From the IMG/VR virus record IMGVR_UViG_3300010158_003181: a DNA stretch of 64,000 nt, one strand, 5' to 3'. The position numbers were made by a program, and so were the translations under genes. Below are positions 17,610 through 27,806 of this stretch, in pieces (within the stretch, counting starts at the first letter, position 1; every line of letters begins with the position of its first letter). The notes under the pieces are model-generated. The model did no database searches and was not told the origin of the DNA. It saw nothing but the letters and a program-made list of their open reading frames with translations. The DNA comes from an uncultured virus (IMG/VR IMGVR_UViG_3300010158_003181) (taxonomy: Duplodnaviria; Heunggongvirae; Uroviricota; Caudoviricetes).

Positions 17610-17854
17610 TACATTTCCTTTAATTTCTTTATATCTTTATGTTTGACTATAATGATGTTGTTTATAACATCGTTAAACTTGATTGGCAAATCTAAATGTA
17701 TAGTAATACGAGGTCCTTCGATCTCATTGATCACAGTATCATTACCCACTGTACCAATGAATGGGATTTTATTCCATTTGCCAAATACTCGATCACCTAA
17801 GAAATAAGATGGCCAGTATTTGGTCTTGTTAAAATAATCAGTCTGATTTGCCAT
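17609..17854 (-). CDS. hypothetical protein
   Basis: ORF in an overlapped operon; start at MANQTDY. Confidence 0.65.
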   Translation of the reverse strand: MANQTDYFNKTKYWPSYFLGDRVFGKWNKIPFIGTVGNDTVINEIEGPRITIHLDLPIKFNDVINNIIIVKHKDIKKLKEM

Positions 17855-18125
17855 ACGTTTCCCAACAATTGTTCTTGTAATCCCAATGACGGCTGTCATA
17901 GATACTGATATCCAATTGATAACCAAATAGTCCTAATTCAAAACGAACACCTGCATGGTCATGTTGTACAGTCCAATTAAACTCAATTCGAAATAGTTCC
18001 GGAGTTTTCATAAACTGAACTTCCCAGAATTTATGCTGGAAAGGAGTTTTTCCAGACTTGCACCAACGGCTCTCAAATCGATCCCACCATTTGGGATTTT
18101 GGATATTGAGATTAAGGTATATCAT
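17838..18125 (-). CDS. hypothetical protein
   Basis: ORF in an overlapped operon. Confidence 0.65.
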   Translation of the reverse strand: MIYLNLNIQNPKWWDRFESRWCKSGKTPFQHKFWEVQFMKTPELFRIEFNWTVQHDHAGVRFELGLFGYQLDISIYDSRHWDYKNNCWETYGKSD

Positions 18126-18346
18126 ACAATGTGACCAAGCACTTGGTAAATCAACCGATCCAATTCTATTTGGTAATCGTGATTACCTAGACGGCGTTTG
18201 AGCCAGATCTTTTCTACTAAATCTTTAATGTTTGATGGATTACTCACTTGCATTAAACCGCGTGATTCTAGTTCGTCAATCAATTCAGAGTCGTCAAACT
18301 CTTCCAAGTCAACTTCAACTTCTGTATAAACTGTTTTATAGGTCAT
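18122..18346 (-). CDS. small acidic hypothetical protein
   Basis: ORF in an overlapped operon. Confidence 0.7.
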   Translation of the reverse strand: MTYKTVYTEVEVDLEEFDDSELIDELESRGLMQVSNPSNIKDLVEKIWLKRRLGNHDYQIELDRLIYQVLGHIV

Positions 18347-18347
18347 A

Positions 18348-18878
18348 TTATCTTTCTCTTATTTTAAGTTTAGCGTAGATGTTTTGCACACCTACACTTT
18401 GCCGAATAGCATCCTGCAGAGCATCGTGTTTGGCACCCTGTGGCATCTCTGGATCATAGCCTAGATCGAACAGTGTGCGAGTGTCACGTAGTTGCCAATA
18501 GTTCCAAGGCAGTGGTTTGCCAAGCTGACTATAGATATCTTGGATAATCATTAAGTCAAAGGTAGCACCGTGACTCCAAAATGTGTCACATCCCCAAGCA
18601 AACTTGTGGAATTGGTCGATAGCATCGACTAAAGGAATTCTGCCTTCTTCGCTGAATGCTTCTTCCATAATTACTGGATCTTGCCGCCCCCACCATTCCA
18701 AAGTTTTTGGATCCACTTCTCTACCCAATGCATCTTGATCGTCAATATTAATTTTAAAATAGAGCTTGTCCCCGTATCCGTTTCCATATGGATTAAAGTG
18801 TACCGCACCTAGGGATAATACAGTAGCTTTTGGAGAGACTGCCATAGTCTCTAAATCTAGCATCATATGACGAGACAT
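18348..18878 (-). CDS. DEDDh 3'-5' exonuclease/exoribonuclease
   Basis: MLDLET, WSHGATFD, RDTRT, HDALQDA. Confidence 0.85.
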   Translation of the reverse strand: MSRHMMLDLETMAVSPKATVLSLGAVHFNPYGNGYGDKLYFKINIDDQDALGREVDPKTLEWWGRQDPVIMEEAFSEEGRIPLVDAIDQFHKFAWGCDTFWSHGATFDLMIIQDIYSQLGKPLPWNYWQLRDTRTLFDLGYDPEMPQGAKHDALQDAIRQSVGVQNIYAKLKIRER

Positions 18879-18937
18879 AAATTACTTTCTATATGTAAAA
18901 GTATAGTTTAACAGGATATATTATATTTGTCAACCGC

Positions 18938-19363
18938 TTAACAATCTAAATGTGCGTTCATCCAATCTCTAAATTGGATCCATTCTTCTTTGAGTATATC
19001 TCGTTTCCAAATGTTATAGATCAAAGGAACAATAACCAAATTATCAATTGTCAATGCTCCGCCTTTGACTCTGGGTATTTTATGATCCGGACTAGGCATA
19101 TGCATAAAATCATCTGTAACTTTATTAGCACCCATTCCATAACAGACTTTTCTATCTCCAAAGTAGTCCGGACTAATTGCATACAGCTCCTCGGGTGTTG
19201 CATCGTAATCGGGTTGCCTACTCCAATAAATACAACGTAGCATTTTCAAATCCATACGCCCTTCCATAACTGCCAGATGGTAGTCACCGTTAATATAGGT
19301 GGCTGCATCTGGCATCTTGTTAGGACGAGCCTCGATAGCTAGGATCAGCTCGTTAGTTGTCAT
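18938..19363 (-). CDS. HNH nuclease
   Basis: PSPDHKIPRVKGG...DNL...YNIWK; TAATG coupling to the upstream gene. Confidence 0.75.
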   Translation of the reverse strand: MTTNELILAIEARPNKMPDAATYINGDYHLAVMEGRMDLKMLRCIYWSRQPDYDATPEELYAISPDYFGDRKVCYGMGANKVTDDFMHMPSPDHKIPRVKGGALTIDNLVIVPLIYNIWKRDILKEEWIQFRDWMNAHLDC

Positions 19364-20589
19364 TATGACGTCAACCAACTATGTACACGGATTGTCTCAC
19401 CGTACTTGTTCACCGGAGCAGTCATTGAGTATTTGTTACCTTTTGACACATAGACATGATACAATGCATGTCCAACTTTAATCTCAGGACCAATGCCGTT
19501 ACCTTTGCCGTACTCGTCATTAACCGCTTTCTTACAGCTAGCATGAAGACTTTCACTACCTGTACCAAACTCGTCTAAAACAATCGTTGACAGGTGTTCC
19601 AGTTTGGGATTAGTCAAACTGCCTTTATCAAAAGATGTCTTTAAATCTGGAATAGTCCAAGTTACATCTTGTTGACTGATCAAATTAGTTAATCCCAGCA
19701 AGTTTGCAGACTTGATAGTTTGATCATCGTAGCATCGAATATGCACTGCGGCGGCAATGTCCATGTTTGCAATGCCCATACGAGCCGACTTCAACAAATC
19801 GCCCATGTGACTAATACCTCGATTGCTACTAGCTGCCGGATCATTAGCACGGCAAATACGAATCTTCCAACGAGTCGCCCAATGTTTAATATCCAACATT
19901 TCTTGATCTTCGCGGAATGGCTTCTTACCGCCATTGATATAAATTTCTGCACGGCTTGAGCGATTACGATAGTTGTCATACGGCTCGCTGGGCAAGTTAT
20001 CTACATTACATGCACAGAACTGATCAATATCAACTGTGATGTCGTCACTGATACGATATTGCACAGCCATATATCGCATACCAAAGAACAAACAAGCAAC
20101 AGTGCGATGTTGGCCGTCGTTAACATAAACATAGTTGGATGAGTCTTTACGACCGATAGCGTTAAACACACTCCATGGGTCAAACTTAAAAACAATGCCA
20201 ATACAATGGCGAAGATACAAGATACGCTGACTGCCATAATTAATCATCAAAATTTCTACAGGATGCCGTTCTGTTCCTTCCATGGGCATGATATTAAATT
20301 GTGGGAAATCAACACCCCACAGAGCTTTGCTGTCGGCAAGATTCCGCAAGGCCAATTTCCAGCTATCAAGGATTGACAGCATTCCTCCTCGGGTTTGGTC
20401 CACCCACAATTTTTCTGGAATCTTTTCAAGACGTTCTGCTATGTCTTTTTGACTGAGTTGTCGATAATCAACTCGTTGATTTTTTGGACCAAAAATCAAT
20501 TCTAGATTTTCTCCAAATTCTTCTTTAATTGTATCAGCGTATCCATAGTTTGGAAATGGATTGGCCATAATTTGAGATGCTTGTGTCAT
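19363..20589 (-). CDS. ParB/Srx-like (DGQHR) domain protein
   Basis: VYVNDGQHRT motif and a downstream F...N motif. Confidence 0.7.
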   Translation of the reverse strand: MTQASQIMANPFPNYGYADTIKEEFGENLELIFGPKNQRVDYRQLSQKDIAERLEKIPEKLWVDQTRGGMLSILDSWKLALRNLADSKALWGVDFPQFNIMPMEGTERHPVEILMINYGSQRILYLRHCIGIVFKFDPWSVFNAIGRKDSSNYVYVNDGQHRTVACLFFGMRYMAVQYRISDDITVDIDQFCACNVDNLPSEPYDNYRNRSSRAEIYINGGKKPFREDQEMLDIKHWATRWKIRICRANDPAASSNRGISHMGDLLKSARMGIANMDIAAAVHIRCYDDQTIKSANLLGLTNLISQQDVTWTIPDLKTSFDKGSLTNPKLEHLSTIVLDEFGTGSESLHASCKKAVNDEYGKGNGIGPEIKVGHALYHVYVSKGNKYSMTAPVNKYGETIRVHSWLTS

Positions 20590-20643
20590 AATGTTTTCTT
20601 ATCCAAAAGAGTTAAACTTGTTAGCACCACGCTAACAGTATAT

Positions 20644-20672
20644 ATTATACACTAAACTTAGAAGGCTGTCAA
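20644..20672 (-). promoter_or_regulatory. sigma70-type promoter TTGACA-17-TATAAT
   Basis: perfect consensus; -35 overlaps the rpsU stop codon. Confidence 0.8.
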
Positions 20673-20902
20673 TACATTTTTTTAGGTAATTGCTGATCGC
20701 GTAGCTTTTTATTCCAGCGAGCCTTGGCAGCTCCCTTTTTACGCTTACGCTCAGTAGTGGGTTTTTCATAAAACATTTTGGCTCGTACAGTTTCCAGTAC
20801 TCCTGAATCTTCTACTTTTTGTTTGAACTTTCTAAGTGCAACTGCTAGGGGTAAATCTCCTACAAGTATTTTATTACCTAGTAATTTATTTTGTTTGCTC
20901 AT
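20669..20902 (-). CDS. rpsU: ribosomal protein bS21
   Basis: ALRKFKQKV...[19 protein letters not shown]. Confidence 0.9.
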   Translation of the reverse strand: MSKQNKLLGNKILVGDLPLAVALRKFKQKVEDSGVLETVRAKMFYEKPTTERKRKKGAAKARWNKKLRDQQLPKKMY

Positions 20903-22118
20903 TTTTATTTTTATCAAAAATCATCGTGGCTGATTTGCCATCAATCGTATCTTTAGTTATCCGAATTGTATTCAAACCGCGTTCTACTAAATCAACAGCA
21001 TCAAATTGATAGGGCAATAGGACTTTTTCAATTATGTTTTTTAATCCGCGAGCATTTGTTTCTAGTTCTTTAGCTTTGGCTGCAATACTGAGCATTGAGT
21101 CATGGTCAAATTCTAATGTAATATTATCCAAATTAAACATATATTCATATTGTTTAATTGGGCTATTCTTTGTTTTGGTAAGAATTTCTACTAACTGTTC
21201 TTCGGTAAGTTCATCGACGTTGGTAATGAGTCCAAACCTTCCAACGAATTCTGGGATAAGACCAAATTTAATAAGATCTTTAGTAATTACTTCTTGAAAT
21301 ACATTTTTATCATCTTCTGCATTACTAAAGTTTGCATGAAATCCCACTGAACGTTTACCCATTCGTTGCTTAATAATTTTATCTAAACCAACAAACGCAC
21401 CTCCGCAAATAAACAATATACTTCGAGTATCAATTTCTTGCATATCGCTACCAGGATGCTTTCTTTTACTATTTGAAGGTATTCGCATTACACAACCTTC
21501 GATCATTTTTAACAATGCTTGTTGTACACCCTCACCACTTACGTCTCTGGTAATACTGGCACTTTCGCCTTTACGTGCAATTTTGTCGATTTCATCAATG
21601 TAAACAATACCTCTACTAGCTTTTTCAATATCGCCATCGGCTTCGCTGATTAAACGAGTAAGAATACTTTCTACATCATCACCCACATATCCTGCTTCTG
21701 TAATTCCTGTTGCATCACATATAGCAAATGGGAGGTCTAGATATTGTGCAATTTTCCTAGCCATCATTGTTTTACCACAACCAGTTGGACCAAGTAATAA
21801 CACATTGGTTTTTTCTAATTCGATAGAAGTACTAGGGTTGTTTATTCTTTTAAAATGTTGACTAACTGCTACACTTAAAGAAATTTTAGCCTGGTCTTGT
21901 CCTATAATGTATTCGTCTAAATAGTCTTTGATCAACACTGGATTTAGTAATTTACTTGTATCGGCGGGAACTTTTACTTTTTCGTCTACAAGTATATCAA
22001 CACAGAGATCAACACAATCATTACAAATTGCTGCAAGGCCACCGACAATTAACTTCTCTACATCTTCTTTACTTTTTCCGCAAAAATCACAACTGTGAGT
22101 TTTTTCCGATTTTGCCAT
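20886..22118 (-). CDS. clpX: ClpX AAA+ unfoldase
   Basis: C4 zinc finger, [34 protein letters not shown] loop. Confidence 0.97.
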   Translation of the reverse strand: MAKSEKTHSCDFCGKSKEDVEKLIVGGLAAICNDCVDLCVDILVDEKVKVPADTSKLLNPVLIKDYLDEYIIGQDQAKISLSVAVSQHFKRINNPSTSIELEKTNVLLLGPTGCGKTMMARKIAQYLDLPFAICDATGITEAGYVGDDVESILTRLISEADGDIEKASRGIVYIDEIDKIARKGESASITRDVSGEGVQQALLKMIEGCVMRIPSNSKRKHPGSDMQEIDTRSILFICGGAFVGLDKIIKQRMGKRSVGFHANFSNAEDDKNVFQEVITKDLIKFGLIPEFVGRFGLITNVDELTEEQLVEILTKTKNSPIKQYEYMFNLDNITLEFDHDSMLSIAAKAKELETNARGLKNIIEKVLLPYQFDAVDLVERGLNTIRITKDTIDGKSATMIFDKNKNEQTK

Positions 22119-22500
22119 TAAATGTTCTTTCTAAAAAGGTTTGTATAGTAGTTATTCGATTTTGATTTATGTAATGATAAACTGCGGATTCATTTTCATC
22201 GTCGGTTTTATAATATGTATTTTTCTTACCTACTATATACCCGCTCAATGCAGAGGTAGCATAGTTAAGTCCGTCTAGGTCTATATACTTATATTCGCAT
22301 CTTGCCAAGGCGTGCAAGAACCATGGTACATCTATTTCATGATCATAAAAATATATATTCACATGCTCGGTTAAATCAGCCTTGGCTAGCCATTCGCTAA
22401 CTGTAGCTTGATCATCATCACTAAGGTGAATGAACAATATACTAAATGATTCATTCTCAAAAAAATCAGGAGGAGTTATTAATGTTATTTTGTTATTCAT
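22087..22500 (-). CDS. hypothetical protein
   Basis: 137-aa ORF in operon. Confidence 0.7.
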   Translation of the reverse strand: MNNKITLITPPDFFENESFSILFIHLSDDDQATVSEWLAKADLTEHVNIYFYDHEIDVPWFLHALARCEYKYIDLDGLNYATSALSGYIVGKKNTYYKTDDENESAVYHYINQNRITTIQTFLERTFNGKIGKNSQL

Positions 22501-23801
22501 TATATACGTTTTTTAACTGCTTCCATCATATCAGGATGTAATTCTGACAGACGAATTTTTTTGGCTTTTATAAGATCAATATATTTTTGAACTTCTGGTG
22601 AGGGACGATCGTTATATGGGTCTTCGTTATTTGTAGCTGTTTCACTGGTCTTTATATATTCTTCTTTGCTTATTAAATTAGACGACCAAAGATTGCTTTC
22701 GTTTTGTTCTTCATTTTGAATATATACTGATTCTTTAATTTGTTCAATTTGAATATTAGTTATTGGAACATTATCCAGCTCGTACACAGGTTCTTCAATT
22801 ACACCACATTTTTTGTTAGGGCAGAATAATCCTATACCTGGTACATTAATTAGTTCAGTTTCACACTTGTTACAATCAATAGGTTCAAATTGTGTAATAG
22901 TAGTGCCAACACTAACTACGTTAGTAGGTTCTTGACGGTCATCCTCCGCTAATTTTTTTAATTGTTCAGTTTGTTGATCTGTTAATGGTCCGTTATCAGG
23001 TTCATAATCGAGCATTAAATTTTTACGGTCTCTAAACTCTTGAAAACTTGTTTGACTAGCTAATAATAGTATAACTGCTAATGGATCAAACACCACAATT
23101 AATGTAATGATAACCCACGTAACTGATTTTTCTAAAACACTAGGATCAGTGTTACCATAGAAGAATGCGGCTATATATTTTATTGGTCCTACTTCAGCTT
23201 CTACCTTGCGGACCTCGGCCGCAATTGGCGCACGTTCTTCGCTAAGTGCGGCAATAGTTTTCTGTTCGGCTTGGATCTCAGACTGAAGGCGGGCACGTTC
23301 TTTAAGTTGTGAGCGGCGTAGCCCAACTGCTTTGTCCGCACCTGTTTCCGAACTGCTTCTTGCCATGACCTGGTCCACAGCTTCATCCATCTGTTTAAGA
23401 GCCTGACGGTTTGCATCGATATTGTCCTTACTGGTTTTAATTTTTTCATCATATATTGCAATCTTACTGATAACATCCCCACTAACTAAATTTTGATCAC
23501 TATGTGCCTTACTTAAGAATCCAAAGATTCCTATGCTGGTAATGATCATCAATACCACAATAGCAGTAAAAAGATATGTTTTAATTAAAAGTGGAGCAGT
23601 CTTCCAATTTTGTTTGAGCCAAACTGTGGCTACTAACTTACTGATTTCTAATGTAGTTCCCATAATGATAATAGGAATAATAGCCGCGGCAAAAATAGCA
23701 GTAAGACCTACTACGCTATAATAAACTGCTACTGCTGAAATTGATAATCCACTTAGTAGTGCTAGGTATGCTATAAATTTTTCAATGAGTGTAGGTTTCA
23801 T
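22500..23801 (-). CDS. membrane protein with coiled coil and a CxxC...CPNKKC motif
   Basis: several hydrophobic helices flank a heptad region; ATAAATA 4 nt before the ATG. Confidence 0.75.
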   Translation of the reverse strand: MKPTLIEKFIAYLALLSGLSISAVAVYYSVVGLTAIFAAAIIPIIIMGTTLEISKLVATVWLKQNWKTAPLLIKTYLFTAIVVLMIITSIGIFGFLSKAHSDQNLVSGDVISKIAIYDEKIKTSKDNIDANRQALKQMDEAVDQVMARSSSETGADKAVGLRRSQLKERARLQSEIQAEQKTIAALSEERAPIAAEVRKVEAEVGPIKYIAAFFYGNTDPSVLEKSVTWVIITLIVVFDPLAVILLLASQTSFQEFRDRKNLMLDYEPDNGPLTDQQTEQLKKLAEDDRQEPTNVVSVGTTITQFEPIDCNKCETELINVPGIGLFCPNKKCGVIEEPVYELDNVPITNIQIEQIKESVYIQNEEQNESNLWSSNLISKEEYIKTSETATNNEDPYNDRPSPEVQKYIDLIKAKKIRLSELHPDMMEAVKKRI

Positions 23802-23863
23802 AAGGTATTTATCGGCGTAATTTTGCCTGGTTTGATTATACATATCATCTTATTACCAGTGTA

Positions 23864-24253
23864 TTAACGTCTCATTCGGGCAATATCTACAATGTGATCA
23901 CTATTGAATACAGGCACGGCGTTTGATTTGGCCATTTGGGATATTCCTAACATTTCAGTTCCAGTATACATCTGTGTAGGTTTAAGAATAGCCACACCCC
24001 CACTATCCCTACTAGGGATATGTTTTGTATTTGTACGTCCAATTGGAGTTTCAAGTTTGTAGACTAAGGGTTCAGCAACCATTGCTCTTTTTCTTTTTTT
24101 CTCTTCTTGCTCAATACCTTGACGTTTGAGCAAATCTTTCCAATCTGATTCTAACTCTCGATGTTTACGAGCTGCTTCAGCATTACGGAATTTAAATTTA
24201 CCTCGTGATTTTCCATTAGTGGTCAGTGCGGGTCCTGCAAGATGAAATGACAT
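23864..24253 (-). CDS. basic hypothetical protein
   Basis: ORF with upstream TTGCTT-17-TATAAT (24282-24310). Confidence 0.7.
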   Translation of the reverse strand: MSFHLAGPALTTNGKSRGKFKFRNAEAARKHRELESDWKDLLKRQGIEQEEKKRKRAMVAEPLVYKLETPIGRTNTKHIPSRDSGGVAILKPTQMYTGTEMLGISQMAKSNAVPVFNSDHIVDIARMRR

Positions 24254-24326
24254 ACAAAAACTCAATTGTTGATATGTTACTATTATATAACAGAATTAAT
24301 AAAAAAGCAAGAGTAATTTTTCCAAC

Positions 24327-24355
24327 AAAAAAGGGTTCCTCAAGGAACCCTTTTT
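24327..24355. terminator. intrinsic terminator (bidirectional form)
   Basis: AAAAAGGGTTCCT-CA-AGGAACCCTTTTT. Confidence 0.8.
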
Positions 24356-24397
24356 ATACTAAAACGCAAGAGAATTTGGTAATTTATTCTATTAAAT

Positions 24398-24883
24398 TTA
24401 AAAAACTTTTCTAGCTAAACTTAAAAACGATGGATTTTTATTAGTTATAAAGTCGTCAAATTGATCCGTTAACTCTTCTAACGATTGTGGTTTATATATC
24501 TTGATATTTGGCAAACATGCTAGGATCTCATCTGCATCATGTGCCCAATGTGATAGTCCATCATGAGAGTAATCTTTATTTCTTCCACTTCCAATTAGTT
24601 TGACTGGAATATTTTCTGCATCAAGATAATTACGCAAGAATTCGAATGGACGATATAGAACAAAACTACTCATACTATAGCAAACAGGAATTTTACCTTG
24701 CTCAGCAAGGCCGATACCAGCACCAATCAGTAATTGCTCTGCTGCACCAACATTGTAGAATCTGTCTGGATGTGTATCACGCACCACATCGAGCAATCCA
24801 AATCCTAAATCTGCGGTAAGCAAAATCACATCTTTGTTTTCTGTCATCTTTTGTGACAGGAGATTCATGCATGTTTTTCTCAT
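24398..24883 (-). CDS. transketolase-like pyrimidine-binding subunit
   Basis: TADLGFG, NVGAAEQ, RPFEFLR, GLSHWA. Confidence 0.85.
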   Translation of the reverse strand: MRKTCMNLLSQKMTENKDVILLTADLGFGLLDVVRDTHPDRFYNVGAAEQLLIGAGIGLAEQGKIPVCYSMSSFVLYRPFEFLRNYLDAENIPVKLIGSGRNKDYSHDGLSHWAHDADEILACLPNIKIYKPQSLEELTDQFDDFITNKNPSFLSLARKVF

Positions 24884-25494
24884 AATGTATTATACTCTTC
24901 AGGTTTAATTACATGATAATGAGATTCAAGACCCTTTGTGAAACCCAAATCAGTTGGCAAACTTATTCTTAAATTAATTGTAGGCAGGAACGCTTTAAGC
25001 CTATTTGATAGATTCTCAACATCGATATATTCATATGCACCCATGCCATTAATATTTACGTAAACATGAATATTATTAAGTTTTTGTTTATTAATAAATG
25101 CAAGTGATTCCCAAATACTACCTTCAGCACATTCGCCATCACTAATCATACAGTAGACAGATTTATCTTTATTAGCTAATGCATGACCCACTGCAATTGG
25201 AAGTCCAGAACCTAAACTGCCGGTAGAGCAATATAGTTTGTTCTCCAAATCTTTTCCTGGATGAATTCCATGCTTATGAAGGAGCATTACTGGATCAATT
25301 CCATATCTAAATTCAAGTTCACAATATAGTGCCAGCCCAGCATGTCCATTACTGAGGATGAATACATCATCCTCTTTCTTGATATTATAAATTTCATGAA
25401 TGATGGGCCATGCACTAAGACAACTGCTTAGATGGCATAATTTTTCTTGATATGTAATATCCACAATTCTCTTTTCAATTTGATGCATGATCAT
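24880..25494 (-). CDS. transketolase-like TPP-binding subunit
   Basis: LSNGHA, STGSLGSG, SDGECAEGSIWE. Confidence 0.85.
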   Translation of the reverse strand: MIMHQIEKRIVDITYQEKLCHLSSCLSAWPIIHEIYNIKKEDDVFILSNGHAGLALYCELEFRYGIDPVMLLHKHGIHPGKDLENKLYCSTGSLGSGLPIAVGHALANKDKSVYCMISDGECAEGSIWESLAFINKQKLNNIHVYVNINGMGAYEYIDVENLSNRLKAFLPTINLRISLPTDLGFTKGLESHYHVIKPEEYNTL

Positions 25495-26275
25495 CTTTCA
25501 TTATTGTTTTATTAAACCAATTCACAATTTCTGGCGAAAAAAGTTCATCTAGTCTCGGCTTTCTTGCTCTGCCGCCTGGCGCAGAAATTGGATTCCCATG
25601 TGCCACATGATAACTTCTCATAGGTTTTCCATCTAGAATTACTTGTCCATTAACTAGGCTACATGTATTTTCTCTACCTAAACTTGCACAATTATAATAT
25701 CGCAAAAATTTAGTGCTTCTGTAATCATAGTCACCATCTAGTAATTTAGTCTTATATTTTCCACTGTGCCATAAAATATTTAGAGTATCATTTTCATACA
25801 ATCGCAATTTTAATCCTAAGTCTCTCGTAACGTTGTAATATTCATCCCAAAATTCTTTGCTTGTGCTTGCAACTAGGCCAGCTTGAACGTATTCAATTTC
25901 ACTAACATACGGAATATCATATCCGTCTATTGTTTTCTTTTCTATCCCAACATTCATTTTTGCATTGTAGTTGCTACATGCTGCAATATCATAGTCTGCT
26001 TCTAAAATTTCATGGCATCTATCGAAAAAGTAAAAGTCTGCATCTACATTTACGACAAGGTCATACTGCTCATAAAGTTTTTTTGCAAAGGCAGCTTTAC
26101 ATGTACTGTGCATTATCCAAGGTTCTGATCCAAAGACTTTTGCAATATCATCATCTGTGTAGATTTTTAAATCGATATCAGGATGAAAATGTTTGAAACT
26201 TTTATAGAATCCTTTAAAGTCTACTACCGTATCTTTAAAGTCTTCTGTTATCCAGGCAAAAAAGACAGTCTTCAT
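25475..26275 (-). CDS. GT-A fold glycosyltransferase
   Basis: VNVDAD DxD motif, QAG, ENDTLN. Confidence 0.65.
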   Translation of the reverse strand: MKTVFFAWITEDFKDTVVDFKGFYKSFKHFHPDIDLKIYTDDDIAKVFGSEPWIMHSTCKAAFAKKLYEQYDLVVNVDADFYFFDRCHEILEADYDIAACSNYNAKMNVGIEKKTIDGYDIPYVSEIEYVQAGLVASTSKEFWDEYYNVTRDLGLKLRLYENDTLNILWHSGKYKTKLLDGDYDYRSTKFLRYYNCASLGRENTCSLVNGQVILDGKPMRSYHVAHGNPISAPGGRARKPRLDELFSPEIVNWFNKTIMKDDHASN

Positions 26276-26279
26276 TTGA

Positions 26280-26972
26280 TTACGACTTGAAAACGCGGAG
26301 ACCATCCGCTTCATAATATTCTGTTTGATATCCAGCTTTTTCAAACACTTCTTTTAGTCTATTTCTATTGTCATGAGTATAGCCAGTTGATGTATTGTGA
26401 GATTCAATGAACCATGCACCAACTCTATCCTTTGTTTCTCCAATTGTCTGATCATTGATTGCAATCATTTCACTGCCTTCAATATCACACTTGATAAAAT
26501 CAACATAATCTAATCCTAGCATGTCTAAAACAGATGATAGCTTTTTACCAGAAACAACAACTTCAGCGCCGTATCTATTTGCAATGCTATTCATTGTAGA
26601 GTTTTCTGTAGAGAGATATAATGTAATGTCGCCATCTTCTCCACTCAACGCAAGATTTTGCGGATGAATATTTGAATGTGCTTCTGTCAGTTCACTTAGA
26701 ATTTCAAAGTGAGCAGGAGTTGGTTCTATTGCATAGATTGCTTTAGCACAATCTGATACATGCAAAGAAAATAGTCCAATGTTTGCACCAATATCTAAAA
26801 TAGTTAGATCATTTCCTTTCGGAACAATGTCTGCGTACATATTTTTGATGTTCATCTGTCCAATAATAAAGTCTGCGTAATTAGTACCATTAGCAAAATG
26901 AGCATTGGTAGCGACATTTTCAGATTGAATTTCTATTGTATTTCCTCGAATTGTATTAATTTGTCTTTTCAT
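26280..26972 (-). CDS. FkbM-family methyltransferase
   Basis: LDIGANIG, AIEP, IKCDIEGSE. Confidence 0.9.
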   Translation of the reverse strand: MKRQINTIRGNTIEIQSENVATNAHFANGTNYADFIIGQMNIKNMYADIVPKGNDLTILDIGANIGLFSLHVSDCAKAIYAIEPTPAHFEILSELTEAHSNIHPQNLALSGEDGDITLYLSTENSTMNSIANRYGAEVVVSGKKLSSVLDMLGLDYVDFIKCDIEGSEMIAINDQTIGETKDRVGAWFIESHNTSTGYTHDNRNRLKEVFEKAGYQTEYYEADGLRVFKS

Positions 26973-26981
26973 ATTTTCCTA

Positions 26982-27806
26982 TTAGTTTGTGTATTCTAAA
27001 AATTCTTTGATACCGTCTCTTAATATGTATTTTGCTTCAAACGCATATGCACTTTTGGCATATTCAGTGTCACATTTCCATACTTCCGATTCAAAGTTCT
27101 TACTTAGCGTATGCATTATATTAACATTGCCTTTGCGATTTGTCAACTCTTTAAAGATGTCGTAGACACCATTTTTGCCAAAATTAGGCGATTGTATTCC
27201 AGAACCTAGATTAATGATATCACCTGGATTCTTTTCAGAGTTAGCAATAATATTTAGACCACGAATAAAGTCATCAATGTAAATAAAGTCGTGATATCCT
27301 TGCCATAGTGTCATCTCTTGATCTTTAAAGAATGACCTCCACATAGTAGGAAATAGTCGATGACTTCTTTCAAATCTTCCGTATACACTATATGGTCTTG
27401 CAATCTTTATGTCTAAATCATAATGTCTAGCATAACCTTGACATAGTAATGTAGCAGCGCCCTTAGTTGCTTGATACATATCTACAGGATTTATCCTATC
27501 AGTTTCTGCACTTGCTCTAGGGACTTTTCCATATTCACTGCTTGACCCTATATATATCAGTTTAGTTTTTGGATTTAATTTAACGTACTCAAGAATATCT
27601 TTAGTCATAAGAACGTTAGTTGATATCATAAGATTATCTTTATAAATCTCACCTGCACAATGAAAAATTAAATCTGGACAACAATTATTTAATGCAGTCG
27701 ATATACATTCACCACGTTTGTACTCGATAATAGTGTTTGTGGTATTGTAGTATCTAATTAAGTTTAGACCTATAAATCCAGTCGATCCTGTGATAAAGAT
27801 TTTCAT
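26982..27806 (-). CDS. NAD-dependent sugar epimerase/reductase
   Basis: TGSTGFIG, SSSEYG, YQATK. Confidence 0.9.
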   Translation of the reverse strand: MKIFITGSTGFIGLNLIRYYNTTNTIIEYKRGECISTALNNCCPDLIFHCAGEIYKDNLMISTNVLMTKDILEYVKLNPKTKLIYIGSSSEYGKVPRASAETDRINPVDMYQATKGAATLLCQGYARHYDLDIKIARPYSVYGRFERSHRLFPTMWRSFFKDQEMTLWQGYHDFIYIDDFIRGLNIIANSEKNPGDIINLGSGIQSPNFGKNGVYDIFKELTNRKGNVNIMHTLSKNFESEVWKCDTEYAKSAYAFEAKYILRDGIKEFLEYTN

